Below are positions 16,085 to 25,528 of a stretch of DNA of 32,000 nt, piece by piece. Position 1 is the first letter of the stretch. Every line of letters starts with the position of its first letter. Both the position numbers and the translations under genes were made by a program. Source of the DNA: an uncultured archaeon. Its GTDB lineage: Archaea; Micrarchaeota; Micrarchaeia; Micrarchaeales; CABMGC01. The stretch spans positions 90,001 through 122,000 of the forward strand of contig OY969902.1 in NCBI GenBank assembly GCA_963704435.1, written 5' to 3'. Under the pieces are notes generated by a model. The model searched no databases and was not told the origin of the DNA. It worked only from the letters and a program-made list of their open reading frames with translations.

Positions 16085-17200
16085 TCAGAACTTCTCGTAG
16101 ACCAGCGTCACTATGTCTCCGTCCTTGAGTGCGTGTTCGGAGCCGACCTTCTGGTTTGCGAACCGTGCGCTCTTTCCGGTGATGTAAGCATACTTCAGGT
16201 TCTTCGCGGCCTTCGTGTGGAGGCCTTTCGCCACGTCCATGATGGTCCCTCCCGCCTTCATAACGAACGGCTTTGAGAAGTCGGCCGCTCCGTCCTTCGG
16301 CTTCAGATATATCTTTATTATTCCGAGGTTGTCGAACAGCATGTCCTTCAGCGCGCCGATGTTCGTGCTCCTCACGGCGCTGACGGATATTACCTGCGTC
16401 TTCAACCTCGACTGGATGTCTTTCCTGATCTGCTCCGCCTTGGTCTCCCCCACCAGGTCTATCTTGTTGAGCGCGACGACTCCCTTGACGTAAACGGCGT
16501 TGTCGATGAGGAGCGCGATCAGGCCGTCGGCATCTATGTCCGAATAGAAGATGACCTTCCCATTGTAGACTCCGATCTCGTTGAGTATCGCTGCTACCTC
16601 CCTCCTGTCCGGGACCCTGTGTCCGTTGCCCTCGATCATCAGTCCGCCGGAGCTCTTCCTCTCTACCAGCACCCTCGGCTTCTCCTGGTTCACCTTTATG
16701 TCAAGGAGCGATAGCTCCTCTACGAGCTTGTCGATCTGGCTCGGGGAGGTTGCGTCCACTATGAACAGGAGCAGGTCGGCGATCCTCAGGACGCTCGCTA
16801 TCATGGTCCCTGCGCCCTTCCCCGCATGGGCGCCCTCTATAAGGCCTGGCACGTCCAGCACCTGTATCTTCGCGCCTCTGTATTCCAGCATCCCAGGTAT
16901 CACGTCCAGGGTAGTGAACGCATAGTCTGCGACCTTCGATTCCGCGCTCGTGAGCAGCCTAAGGAGGGAAGACTTGCCCGCGTTGGGGAAGCCGACGAGG
17001 ACAACTGTCGCGTCTCCCGACTTCCTTACCGCGAAGCCCGTGCCCCTCCTGCCCTTCTTCTCAGCCATCGTCTTCTTTATCTTCGCCATCTTAGAGCGCA
17101 GGATCCCGAGGTACTTGTTGGTAGCCTTGTTGTACCTGGTCTTGGAATAGGACTCCTGCAGCTCGTCCAGCTTGTTCTGCAGGACCTTCTTGTCTGCCAT
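16085..17200 (-). CDS. drg: DRG/OBG-family GTPase
   Basis: VVLVGFPNAGKSSLLRLLT, VLDVPGLIEGAHAGKGAG, ALNKIDL, C-terminal TGS-like domain. Confidence 0.92.
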   Translation of the reverse strand: MADKKVLQNKLDELQESYSKTRYNKATNKYLGILRSKMAKIKKTMAEKKGRRGTGFAVRKSGDATVVLVGFPNAGKSSLLRLLTSAESKVADYAFTTLDVIPGMLEYRGAKIQVLDVPGLIEGAHAGKGAGTMIASVLRIADLLLFIVDATSPSQIDKLVEELSLLDIKVNQEKPRVLVERKSSGGLMIEGNGHRVPDRREVAAILNEIGVYNGKVIFYSDIDADGLIALLIDNAVYVKGVVALNKIDLVGETKAEQIRKDIQSRLKTQVISVSAVRSTNIGALKDMLFDNLGIIKIYLKPKDGAADFSKPFVMKAGGTIMDVAKGLHTKAAKNLKYAYITGKSARFANQKVGSEHALKDGDIVTLVYEKF

Positions 17201-17226
17201 CTTAGATCACGCGCCCGCGCCGGCCG

Positions 17227-18105
17227 CTAGCCGGGCACGGAATCAACCACTTGCCCGTTGGCTGCGCCAGCCACAGATGTCGCGTTCAGTCCCATCGATA
17301 TGGTGTATCCGCTCATGTTGAAGCGCGTCACGAAGCTCAGCGGCACGTAGTACATGTCTGATACGCACATCTCGAACGCGCCTACGCCAGACTGCGCGCC
17401 CGCATTGGAGATGGTGCCTGCGATGTACGTGCACGGCGTACCGTTGTACGAGCTCTGGTACTCGGTCTGGTAGTTCAGGGACAGGCCGTACGACGACGCG
17501 AGTGTCGACATCCAGTAGTTCACTGACGCGGCCGGGTCCAGTCCTGCCAGCGAGTCCGTCGACCTGCAGACGTTCTTGTGGCTGCCGAACAGGAATCCCA
17601 TTATGTCCTTGGTGTTCGCCTCAGACATGTTGAAGTTCTCGCACAGCTGTGCTCCTCCTGTGAGGTTGAGGTAGGCCACCTCTATGGGCCCCGCGATTGG
17701 GACTCCCGTCGCGTTGACCGCGAGCTTCACGTCGTTGTCGTACTTGTAAACTCCCGCGCTCAAGGGCGAAGAAAGGGATATGAAAGAGAAAAATCCTGAT
17801 GGCCTTGCCGATACCTCTCCGGCGTATGCTGCTGTGAACTGCGGCAGGCTGAAGATATTGCCTGCGGAAGCGGCCAGCGTTGCGGTAGCCGCCTGGCCGG
17901 ACTGCGATGTCAGGCCTGCGATGGCCGTCGGTACGACCAGCCCCGTGTTCGGGAAGACCGCCAGGCCGTACTGGTTGGTCGGCGCGCTTGGCGCGAACCA
18001 CGGAAAAGAGAATAGCGCTATCCCGAGCAGTGCGATTCCAATGAAAGCCTTCCCTGAGGAAGGACCTGCCGAGTTCGCGGATCCGTCTATGACCCTATTT
18101 CTCAT
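17227..18105 (-). CDS. Secreted or membrane-anchored protein of unknown function
   Basis: N-terminal hydrophobic segment AFIGIALLGIALFSFPW; Ser/Thr/Asn/Gly-rich extracellular-like remainder with paired Cys. Confidence 0.7.
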   Translation of the reverse strand: MRNRVIDGSANSAGPSSGKAFIGIALLGIALFSFPWFAPSAPTNQYGLAVFPNTGLVVPTAIAGLTSQSGQAATATLAASAGNIFSLPQFTAAYAGEVSARPSGFFSFISLSSPLSAGVYKYDNDVKLAVNATGVPIAGPIEVAYLNLTGGAQLCENFNMSEANTKDIMGFLFGSHKNVCRSTDSLAGLDPAASVNYWMSTLASSYGLSLNYQTEYQSSYNGTPCTYIAGTISNAGAQSGVGAFEMCVSDMYYVPLSFVTRFNMSGYTISMGLNATSVAGAANGQVVDSVPG

Positions 18106-18240
18106 GCAATCCCTACCAATAGTTGCCCAAAAAGGCTTATAGCCTTTAGTCCGTGGCGTCTAGCTGGGTGACGCGGCCATCTTGAACAGCCGTCAGGAGG
18201 TTGGTTTTATATACAGTGCTGGCCCATTATCTGTGATTTG

Positions 18241-18597
18241 ATGGCGCGGGAAGATTCTGACGACTTCGTTCCGATGCTCTTTAGGGGACTGATAGCCCTA
18301 TTCGTTTTCGTCTGTCTCGCTATCTTCGCGGGCGTAGTTCTCTTCGTTCTTCTACCTGGAGCCCTACTCTTGTCTGCGGGCCTTGGTTGGCACGCGTTCC
18401 TGGGCGTAATCGCGCTGATTTTCTTTGTCTGGCTGTTCTTCTGGTTCTTCAGGATGGTCTTCCGCGGGGCGCACGGACACCACCGCCATGGCTGGTACGC
18501 CGACGAGCGCGACATAGCAAGGAGGAGGTACGCGCGCGGAGAGATAACCCGGAAGGAGTACCTAGCGATAATCAAGGACCTCGACAGCACGAAGTGA
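18241..18597 (+). CDS. Membrane protein with SHOCT-like C-terminus
   Basis: Two hydrophobic helices followed by DERDIARRRYARGEITRKEYLAIIKDL. Confidence 0.72.
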   Translation: MAREDSDDFVPMLFRGLIALFVFVCLAIFAGVVLFVLLPGALLLSAGLGWHAFLGVIALIFFVWLFFWFFRMVFRGAHGHHRHGWYADERDIARRRYARGEITRKEYLAIIKDLDSTK

Positions 18598-18776
18598 CCT
18601 CCGGTCCCAAAGAGCTATTTCTACTAACGATCTTCCGTTTCACGAGCGCGCTGATATTCATCAAGCTCTTCTGGCGAATATTTGTATTTAGAGAAATCTC
18701 CAGGATAGGCAAGATAGGACAATACCCCCGCAAGCTACAGGGTAGTAGACGCGATTACTTTTAAGTTCCGTTTTTA

Positions 18777-19454
18777 ATGATAATCACGCCGAATAGTCAA
18801 CGTTTCACTAATAATACTTATAAACAGCCTAAATGTAATAAATGCAGTGAAATCGTGCAGAATCCAACTAAAAATATTCATTTAGGTAACAGAGGGCCGT
18901 ATGCGCAATTGGAAAATGAAATCGGAGAAATAAAAGGCTTGCGCGACTATAGAGAACTTAAAAGAGTAGTGATTTTCGCAGACGCATTTTCAAACGTTAT
19001 GCGTAAACCTAAGTACTTAAATGTTGTCGAAATGTTGGGGCTTAGCGACAAGGGCCGCGATGAGCTTCAGGGAATATATTCGGAAGTCATTGAACCCTTA
19101 GATCAAAAGCTTCTTAGCATCAGGTCCTTGGTGATAGGGACTAGGACAGATCACGGTTTGGGTGAAAATGTCGCTCCAGCAATAAAACCGACAGACGAAA
19201 CTAAAGATTCAGCAATAAAGGAATTTACAGACCTCTTTTCTGAAATGCTGAATAAAGACGACCTCAAGGATGAAATAAACATCAAGGCCGTCATATTATA
19301 TCCCTTAGTCCTAGCCGGCATAAATACATGGAGAAAATTTGACATGGACTTTGCAGGCAAACTAATAGAAAGAATAAAATCAAACGAGGAAAATCCAGAA
19401 TTAAGAAAGGCAATAGAAATTATAGACATACCTGTCGTTTCGTCTAGAAAGTAA
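18777..19454 (+). CDS. Hypothetical protein, lower-GC region
   Basis: 225 aa ORF ending at the left boundary of the IS200-like element. Confidence 0.55.
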   Translation: MIITPNSQRFTNNTYKQPKCNKCSEIVQNPTKNIHLGNRGPYAQLENEIGEIKGLRDYRELKRVVIFADAFSNVMRKPKYLNVVEMLGLSDKGRDELQGIYSEVIEPLDQKLLSIRSLVIGTRTDHGLGENVAPAIKPTDETKDSAIKEFTDLFSEMLNKDDLKDEINIKAVILYPLVLAGINTWRKFDMDFAGKLIERIKSNEENPELRKAIEIIDIPVVSSRK

Positions 19455-20125
19455 TTAGGGGGTGTGGGGTCAAGGTATACCACGGGCTTTAGCCCGCGGA
19501 CAGGAATTGACCCCACTTTGAGTGTTCCTGCTCTATTTTTAACAAATTCTGAGAAGGATTAGCGACGGCAGTGTGGCCCCAGAATTTTTGCGGTCCTGAA
19601 GTTTCTGCCGCCGAAGTGTTATTGTGAATAGTGTAAACAATGTAAGGGATATAAAGGAAAGCGCGACGGCATGCATCCACAGGTACAACTGGCAGCACAT
19701 GGTTTTTGTGTCGAAATATCGATACAGGATGTTCAAAAATCCAGAGACCTGCCGAATAATACACGATGCGATTTATGACGCCGCGCGTAGACATGGAATC
19801 GGAATTAAAGAATTCGCTGTCGGAGAAGACTTTCAACACGTGCATCTTGAGATTGACGTACCAAATACTATGTCAGTTTCAACCGCGGTGCAACTGCTGA
19901 AGGGATATTCGGCGTACGTGGTCTTCAAAGAAATGCCAAACCATCGACTTAGGTATTGGAGAGGGCATTTCTGGAGTGAAGGATACAGTAACGGAAGCGT
20001 AGGCCCTCAGAACGAGGAGACGATACAAAATTACATCAGAAAGCAGGATCAGTACGGACAAATGAGACTTGCCGCCTAGAGCGCAGGGGATACCCCCGAC
20101 TTTAGTCGGGGGAGGAGGTCATTTC
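19455..20125 (+). mobile_element. IS200-type insertion sequence (tnpA only, no tnpB)
   Basis: Subterminal hairpins CCaCGGGC-TTTA-GCCCGcGG (19480-19499) and CCCCCGAC-TTTA-GTCGGGGG (20093-20112) flanking a Y1 transposase; exact ends not defined. Confidence 0.85.
19624..20079 (+). CDS. tnpA: IS200/IS605-family Y1 HUH transposase TnpA
   Basis: HRYNWQHMVFVSKYRYRMF, HUH motif FQHVHLEIDVP, C-terminal IQNYIRKQ tyrosine; true start may be downstream of 19624. Confidence 0.92.
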   Translation: MNSVNNVRDIKESATACIHRYNWQHMVFVSKYRYRMFKNPETCRIIHDAIYDAARRHGIGIKEFAVGEDFQHVHLEIDVPNTMSVSTAVQLLKGYSAYVVFKEMPNHRLRYWRGHFWSEGYSNGSVGPQNEETIQNYIRKQDQYGQMRLAA

Positions 20126-20174
20126 TATGGAAGCGTAACGCGCGGCATGGCCTATGCTGCCTTACGATATTCCT

Positions 20175-20246
20175 TGCCGCAGGCAGGATTTGAACCTGCG
20201 ACTTTCCGGTCTTCAGCCGGACGCTCTCCCACTGAGCTACTGCGGC
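20175..20246 (-). tRNA. tRNA-Phe(GAA)
   Basis: Reverse complement GCCGCAG TA GCTC AGTGGGA GAGC G TCCGG CTGAAGA CCGGA AAGTC GCAGG TTCAAAT CCTGC CTGCGGC A. Confidence 0.96.
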
Positions 20247-20327
20247 GCAGCAGCTACTAATTGTCGTGGATATTTATAAAGCTTTAATTCTTTTGCAGCC
20301 AATTTCCCTGCAGGTGATGCCGGTCTT

Positions 20328-21896
20328 ATGGCAGTTGACGCGCGCTGGTACGGACTTGGCGATTTCGCCAGGCTCCTCAAGCTGGAGGGGCTCGACTTCC
20401 GGGAGTACCAGTTCAACATAATACGCTCTGTGCTGAGCCGCGGCAACAGCCTCGTTGTGCTCCCAACGGGCCTAGGCAAGACGTTCATAGGCGCCGCGCT
20501 CATAGCGAAGTCGCTCTCGGAAGGCAAGCGCGCGCTGCTGCTAGCTCCCACTAAGCCCCTCGCGGAGCAGCACCGTGCCTCGCTGACCGGGCTGCTTGGC
20601 ATAGGGCCCGACGACGTGACCCTTCTCATAGGGTCGGTGGGAAAGAGGAGCAGGGCCGAGATGGAGCTCGGCGCGAAGGTCATAGTCGCCACGCCGCAGA
20701 CCATAGCCAACGACCTAAAGTCAGGGGCATTCTCGCTCGACGGGTTCGGAGTGGCGATATTCGACGAGTGCCATAGGGCGGTCGGGAAGTACGCCTACAC
20801 CTACATCGCCAACGAGTTGGCGGTCCGGGGCGTGCTGATCGTGGGCCTCACGGCTTCGCCGGGAAGCCGCGCCGACCGAATTGGCGCGCTCGCAAGCACG
20901 CTTAACATAAGGCACATAGAGGCGAGGACTTCTGCCGACCCCGACGTCATATCCTACGTGATGCCGAAGTACGTGCACGTTGTCAGGGTGGAGCAATCTG
21001 CGCGCATACGCGAGATCTCGTCGCTGCTCAAGCCCATCGGGGAGGAGAGCATAAGGAGCCTAAACCGGATGGGGCTCCTCCACGCCAAGGGCTTGGAGAG
21101 CGTGCCGAAGGGCAGGCTCATAGCGCTGGGCAGGGAGATAGACAAGATAAGCGCGCAGGGCTACAAGTTCGGCGCCCTCTACAGCTACATACGCCTGCTC
21201 AATATCTCGCATGCCCACGACCTGCTGGTTACGCAGGGCATACGCCCCTTCTACAACTATGTCGAGTCGCTGAAGGCCAGGGAGAAGAGGGGCCGTGCTG
21301 TCGAGAACCTTCTCTCCAACAAGGACTTCATCCACGCAGTACAACTCGCCTCCGAGGCCCTTGAGAGGGGTGAAGAGCACCCTAAGGTGGCCGAAGTCGT
21401 GAGGGTACTCCGCTCCCAGCCGGGCAAGGGCGCGATAGTGTTCGTCCAGTACCGTTCCACCATAAGGATGCTTGTCAACGAGCTCGCGAAGGCGGGCCTG
21501 AGCGCATCCGCGTTCGTCGGCAAGAAGGAGGGCGTGACGCAGGAGGGCCAGAAGCGCACCCTGGAGGACTTCCGGGCCGGGAAGTTCAGGGTGCTCGTCG
21601 CGAGCTCCATAGGCGAGGAGGGCCTCGACATACCCAGCGTCGACCTAGTCATATTCTACGAGCCGACGCCCAACGAGATCCGGGACATACAGAGGAAGGG
21701 AAGGACTGGGAGGTTCAGGGCGGGCGACGTGTACGTGCTGGTGGCTCTGGGCACGAAGGACGAGGTCTACCTGCTCATCTCCAGCATGAAGGAGAAGCGC
21801 ATGGCTGCGCTGCTCGAGAAGACCAACGCCGATCTCGCGAGGCGCGCAAAAATCGAGGACAACCTGAACCTGGGCCAGAGGCATCTCAAAACTTAG
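20328..21896 (+). CDS. hef: Hef/FANCM-like SF2 helicase without a C-terminal XPF nuclease domain
   Basis: VVLPTGLGKTFIGAAL, FDECHRAVGKYAY, GLTASPGS, FRVLVASSIGEEGLDIPSVDLVIFYEPTPNEIRDIQRKGRTGR; ORF ends shortly after the helicase C domain. Confidence 0.88.
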   Translation: MAVDARWYGLGDFARLLKLEGLDFREYQFNIIRSVLSRGNSLVVLPTGLGKTFIGAALIAKSLSEGKRALLLAPTKPLAEQHRASLTGLLGIGPDDVTLLIGSVGKRSRAEMELGAKVIVATPQTIANDLKSGAFSLDGFGVAIFDECHRAVGKYAYTYIANELAVRGVLIVGLTASPGSRADRIGALASTLNIRHIEARTSADPDVISYVMPKYVHVVRVEQSARIREISSLLKPIGEESIRSLNRMGLLHAKGLESVPKGRLIALGREIDKISAQGYKFGALYSYIRLLNISHAHDLLVTQGIRPFYNYVESLKAREKRGRAVENLLSNKDFIHAVQLASEALERGEEHPKVAEVVRVLRSQPGKGAIVFVQYRSTIRMLVNELAKAGLSASAFVGKKEGVTQEGQKRTLEDFRAGKFRVLVASSIGEEGLDIPSVDLVIFYEPTPNEIRDIQRKGRTGRFRAGDVYVLVALGTKDEVYLLISSMKEKRMAALLEKTNADLARRAKIEDNLNLGQRHLKT

Positions 21897-22537
21897 GCGC
21901 GAATCTCCTCATTACCAATGAGGCTGTAGACGGGCTTCCGGTCTGCAATGCGAAGGTCGAGGGTGTAGAAATCCAACGGTATCTGCAATCCCCTGTGCAG
22001 CTTATGCGCTAGGACATCCATCTCCTTTTCGCGATTACTTCCAGCAACCACTTCGAGTTGCGAGCCATCCTTTTTAACACTGATGCTCCCTAAGTACCTC
22101 CACCTCCCAATCTTTCCAGTCTTAAGTTCATGCCTAAATTTTGATTCTTCTGAGCCTTCTTTTAAGATGTCTGTCATTCCCATTGCCAAATCGCTATCAA
22201 GATAAGGCCGACCGAGGGTACGAATGTAACGCGCTACCACCTCAGGATACGACATCTTGCGCAGTACTGCTATGGACAGGCCCTCAATCCACTTGCCTCC
22301 ACCTAAGTACGCCACGCCGCCGCCATGGGCGCCAAGACATCCATTATCTTTCAGCCACGTCTCCACCTTGGCAACCACTTTGGTCTCATTTTCCGTCCTT
22401 TCAACCACCGCATGACCGGTTGGCACGGAATACCTGCTGAACTTCTTTTCCAAGCGGCTTTCAGTCTTAGGAAGAGATGCCTCCTTACCAGGCGCATTGG
22501 TTTCACCTATTTTCCCCGCATGTGTCGTTTCTGCCAT
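21893..22537 (-). CDS. Hypothetical protein
   Basis: 214 aa ORF; convergent 4-nt overlap with the helicase gene. Confidence 0.55.
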   Translation of the reverse strand: MAETTHAGKIGETNAPGKEASLPKTESRLEKKFSRYSVPTGHAVVERTENETKVVAKVETWLKDNGCLGAHGGGVAYLGGGKWIEGLSIAVLRKMSYPEVVARYIRTLGRPYLDSDLAMGMTDILKEGSEESKFRHELKTGKIGRWRYLGSISVKKDGSQLEVVAGSNREKEMDVLAHKLHRGLQIPLDFYTLDLRIADRKPVYSLIGNEEIRA

Positions 22538-22652
22538 AGTTTTGTTTGTGCTTCTAGTGATATTTAAGCTTAACTCCGTCCATAGCTATATGTCCTACCA
22601 CTAGAGAGCACGTATACCCTTAGGACAAGATTTATGCGCAGCAATGTCGCGC

Positions 22653-23162
22653 TTAACTGTTCCCGAACATCTTGTGGAGGCTTAACAACTCCGCTTTCAG
22701 ATTTTTCAGCTCATCTTCCTCCGTCTTCCCACTCACAGGAATCAATCCGATATGCTCGTTTATCGCGTCCAGGAACTTCGCCCAGTCCTCCGTGTCCTTC
22801 TTCATGAGGGCGAGCGCCTCCTTGTCCTCCTTGAGCAGCAGTATCAATTTCAGCAGTTTCTCGTTCTCCGCCCTCTCTCCGGACGCGCCGAGCCTTTCCT
22901 TTACGTAATCCCTTAGCTCGTTTATCTCATCTATTCCCATTTCGTCGTTCCTCTCGGTGAGCTTTTCCACGCCTCGGGAAAAGGAGGATATCGCGTCATG
23001 GAGCGCGCTAAGGAGGTCATTCAGGGACAGCTTCTTATCGAAAGCCATTGGATCAGCAATTAAATCCAGACAAATACTGTGTAGGACCAAAAGCATATAA
23101 TCCTGTAGATTGGCGGCTTGGCCAAGTTCGGTGCGCTCGTATAGACGAGAATCCGAACCCAA
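22653..23162 (-). CDS. Hypothetical helical protein
   Basis: 169 aa ORF, helical/charged composition. Confidence 0.45.
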   Translation of the reverse strand: MGSDSRLYERTELGQAANLQDYMLLVLHSICLDLIADPMAFDKKLSLNDLLSALHDAISSFSRGVEKLTERNDEMGIDEINELRDYVKERLGASGERAENEKLLKLILLLKEDKEALALMKKDTEDWAKFLDAINEHIGLIPVSGKTEEDELKNLKAELLSLHKMFGNS

Positions 23163-23306
23163 GCCAGAGACGCCCCATAGGAAATACGTCTCCTGTCAAA
23201 CCCTGATTCTGCATATAAAAAGGCGCGCTTGACGTATTTTTCGGCAGTTAAAACAATAGGCTTATATACGAGGACTTCAGTAATGCTATTACTGAGGGTG
23301 GGGAAT

Positions 23307-23570
23307 ATGGGCACAATGCCTTTGCTGGTATGCGAGCGCAAGCTAAGCGAAGACATGCTTGTGGAACTGCCCGCACGCGCCAGCCCGGAACTGAGAAGGA
23401 TCGCGCAACTGAAAGAGCGCGCAATAGCGGAGCCAGAGCGAAGGAAGGCCATCGTGGCGCACCTCGAGGGCTACATGAAGAGCAAGAGGGGCACGATGGA
23501 GGGCAGGGCCGCGCAGAGAGCGATATCGATGATCATAGCGGTATCGATGCTCGAAGTGCTGCAGGGATAG
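23307..23570 (+). CDS. Small hypothetical protein
   Basis: 88 aa ORF; start uncertain (23229 or 23307). Confidence 0.4.
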   Translation: MGTMPLLVCERKLSEDMLVELPARASPELRRIAQLKERAIAEPERRKAIVAHLEGYMKSKRGTMEGRAAQRAISMIIAVSMLEVLQG

Positions 23571-23685
23571 CGCGCGGGGAAACCCCCAACGGAAAGCGGC
23601 GGAGCGAGCGGTGCCGCGTTTTGCGGCATCGCCGCAGCATAGCCTTTGACCTTCTGCTTCTGGATCGAAGACATATCTGAAGAAT

Positions 23686-24588
23686 TCAGTCCGCCTTAGC
23701 GGATTTGCCATACCTTTTGTTGTCTTTTGTATATCTTCTAAAGAACCACTGCAGGAACGGTCCGTCAACGCGCTTGATATGTGACCTTTCCAGCGCAGTG
23801 TAATAGCTCGCCCTGTTCTCATACGCTATGTTGAGCATAGGATAACGATGCCTGTTCAGTGCAAAGTTCATGAGCAGCCTCGATATCCTGCCATTCCCGT
23901 CCGTGAACGGGTGGATGGTCACAAACTTCAGATGCGCCAGTGCAGCCAGCTCTACCGGATGCAGCTTTCCCTTGCTCCTATCGTACCACCTGAAGAATTC
24001 CCTAAAGAGGGGATGCACTTCGACGGGAGGGGGAGGAATGAATCTGCTGCCTGATATGTATATCTGGTGGTCCCTGATTTTTCCGGCAACATCCGGTTTT
24101 GTGTCCTTTAATAGCTCATAGTGCCATTCCAGAACCCGATTCGCATTCAGATCTCCTTTGTGCGATAGCATTTTATAAAATACTCTCTTGTGCGCCTCGG
24201 CCTCTCTCACATCGCGCAGAGGCTTATTCTTCGGAGTTGCTTCATGAAGGAGAAGCGCAGCCGTTTCCTTGAAGCTTAGCGTCGATCCCTCTATCCTTTG
24301 CGTATCGTAGGTAAATTTTATCATGAAAGACTCAACATACTTTTCCACCGCTTCCTGCGGCATCAATTCTTGCTCTTTACTGAACCCCTGTTTTATTGTG
24401 TCGAACTGCGAATACCATTTTTGCTTGTACAGTTCAAAAACAAATTCACGCTTTATCGTCTCGATATCCTTCGGTATGTTTCTGCCCAGATATCTCTCTT
24501 TCTTGAGCACCCTGCCTTTAATCCTGTAAGGATGCTCAAGATAGTAGTAAGCATTGCCGTTAATCATCTTCCGTTTTATCGTTACCAT
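23686..24588 (-). CDS. Fic/DOC-family protein (predicted AMP/NMP transferase) with putative inhibitory motif
   Basis: Fic core HPFTDGNGRISRLLMN; candidate N-terminal inhibitory helix TQRIEG fitting [S/T]xxxE[G/N]. Confidence 0.92.
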   Translation of the reverse strand: MVTIKRKMINGNAYYYLEHPYRIKGRVLKKERYLGRNIPKDIETIKREFVFELYKQKWYSQFDTIKQGFSKEQELMPQEAVEKYVESFMIKFTYDTQRIEGSTLSFKETAALLLHEATPKNKPLRDVREAEAHKRVFYKMLSHKGDLNANRVLEWHYELLKDTKPDVAGKIRDHQIYISGSRFIPPPPVEVHPLFREFFRWYDRSKGKLHPVELAALAHLKFVTIHPFTDGNGRISRLLMNFALNRHRYPMLNIAYENRASYYTALERSHIKRVDGPFLQWFFRRYTKDNKRYGKSAKAD

Positions 24589-24596
24589 GAATATTT

Positions 24597-24650
24597 CTTA
24601 CCCCTACAAATTTATAAATATTTGTATTTTACATAAAATGTAGGGGTAAG
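24597..24650. promoter_or_regulatory. 12-bp perfect inverted repeat flanking a TATA-like element upstream of the fic gene
   Basis: CTTACCCCTACA (24597-24608) / TGTAGGGGTAAG (24639-24650) with AT-rich TTTATAAATA between. Confidence 0.7.
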
Positions 24651-24714
24651 AATTCCGCACTATTCGGAAAAATTGAAGCTTTAAATATTTTCATCCCCAA
24701 TCCCCTCTGATACC

Positions 24715-25515
24715 TTGAGGAAATCCTATTTGTGCCTGACGCTCGCCGTGATAGCCGTCGTGGCGGTGGCACTGGCGGCTGTGACGCTCTTGGGTCATGG
24801 CAGTGCCGGCGCGCTTACTGCCTTCGACGGAGTTCCCGTCCCGCAGACGCTGGTAATCCGACTTAACGTTCCTTCCAATATCAGCTCCGCTGTCGGGACC
24901 GGGCTGGCCACTAACCTTCCGAAGAACGTCTCGGGAAGCCCGCTTTCCTTCGGAGGGAAGCCTGCCGTCATCTACATAGGCGCCGATTACTGCCCCTACT
25001 GCGCCATTGCCCGGTGGGGCCTCGTAGTCGCGCTGCTCAGGTTCGGAAACTTCACGGGCCTCGAGTACATGACCAGCAGCGCCAGCGACATTGCGGCAAG
25101 CACGCCGACCTTCACTTTCTCCAACGTCACGTACAGCAGCCAGTACATATCCTTCATGGGGGTCGAGACCGCAGGCAACAAGTTGGTCAACGGGACCTAT
25201 CCCAGGTTGCAGAACCTGACGCCCTCAGAGACCGCGATACTGAGCAAGTACGACGAGGGAAGCGGAATCCCGTTCATCGACTTCGCGAACCAGTCCCTTG
25301 AGCTTGGCGCGCCGTATTCCGACCCGACGGTGCTCGGAAAGGAGAACTGGACTGTGATAACCAACAGGCTCTACAACACATCATCCGTCGAATCGAGGGT
25401 CGTGTTGGGATCCGCGAACCTGTTCACCGCGGCGATATGCAGAGCTGACGGGAACCAGCCGGCCAGCGTGTGCGGCCAGGCTTACGTCGCGCCACTTGAG
25501 AGCAAGATAAAATAA
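24715..25515 (+). CDS. DUF929-like secreted thioredoxin-fold protein
   Basis: N-terminal signal/anchor; [33 protein letters not shown]. Confidence 0.78.
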   Translation: MRKSYLCLTLAVIAVVAVALAAVTLLGHGSAGALTAFDGVPVPQTLVIRLNVPSNISSAVGTGLATNLPKNVSGSPLSFGGKPAVIYIGADYCPYCAIARWGLVVALLRFGNFTGLEYMTSSASDIAASTPTFTFSNVTYSSQYISFMGVETAGNKLVNGTYPRLQNLTPSETAILSKYDEGSGIPFIDFANQSLELGAPYSDPTVLGKENWTVITNRLYNTSSVESRVVLGSANLFTAAICRADGNQPASVCGQAYVAPLESKIK

Positions 25516-25528
25516 GCGGCGGGATTCT

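Noticed and set aside
19455-20125. tnpB/omega-RNA guided nuclease system associated with the IS200 element
   Set aside because: No TnpB/IscB-like ORF (RuvC or zinc-finger motifs) is present in either direction near tnpA.
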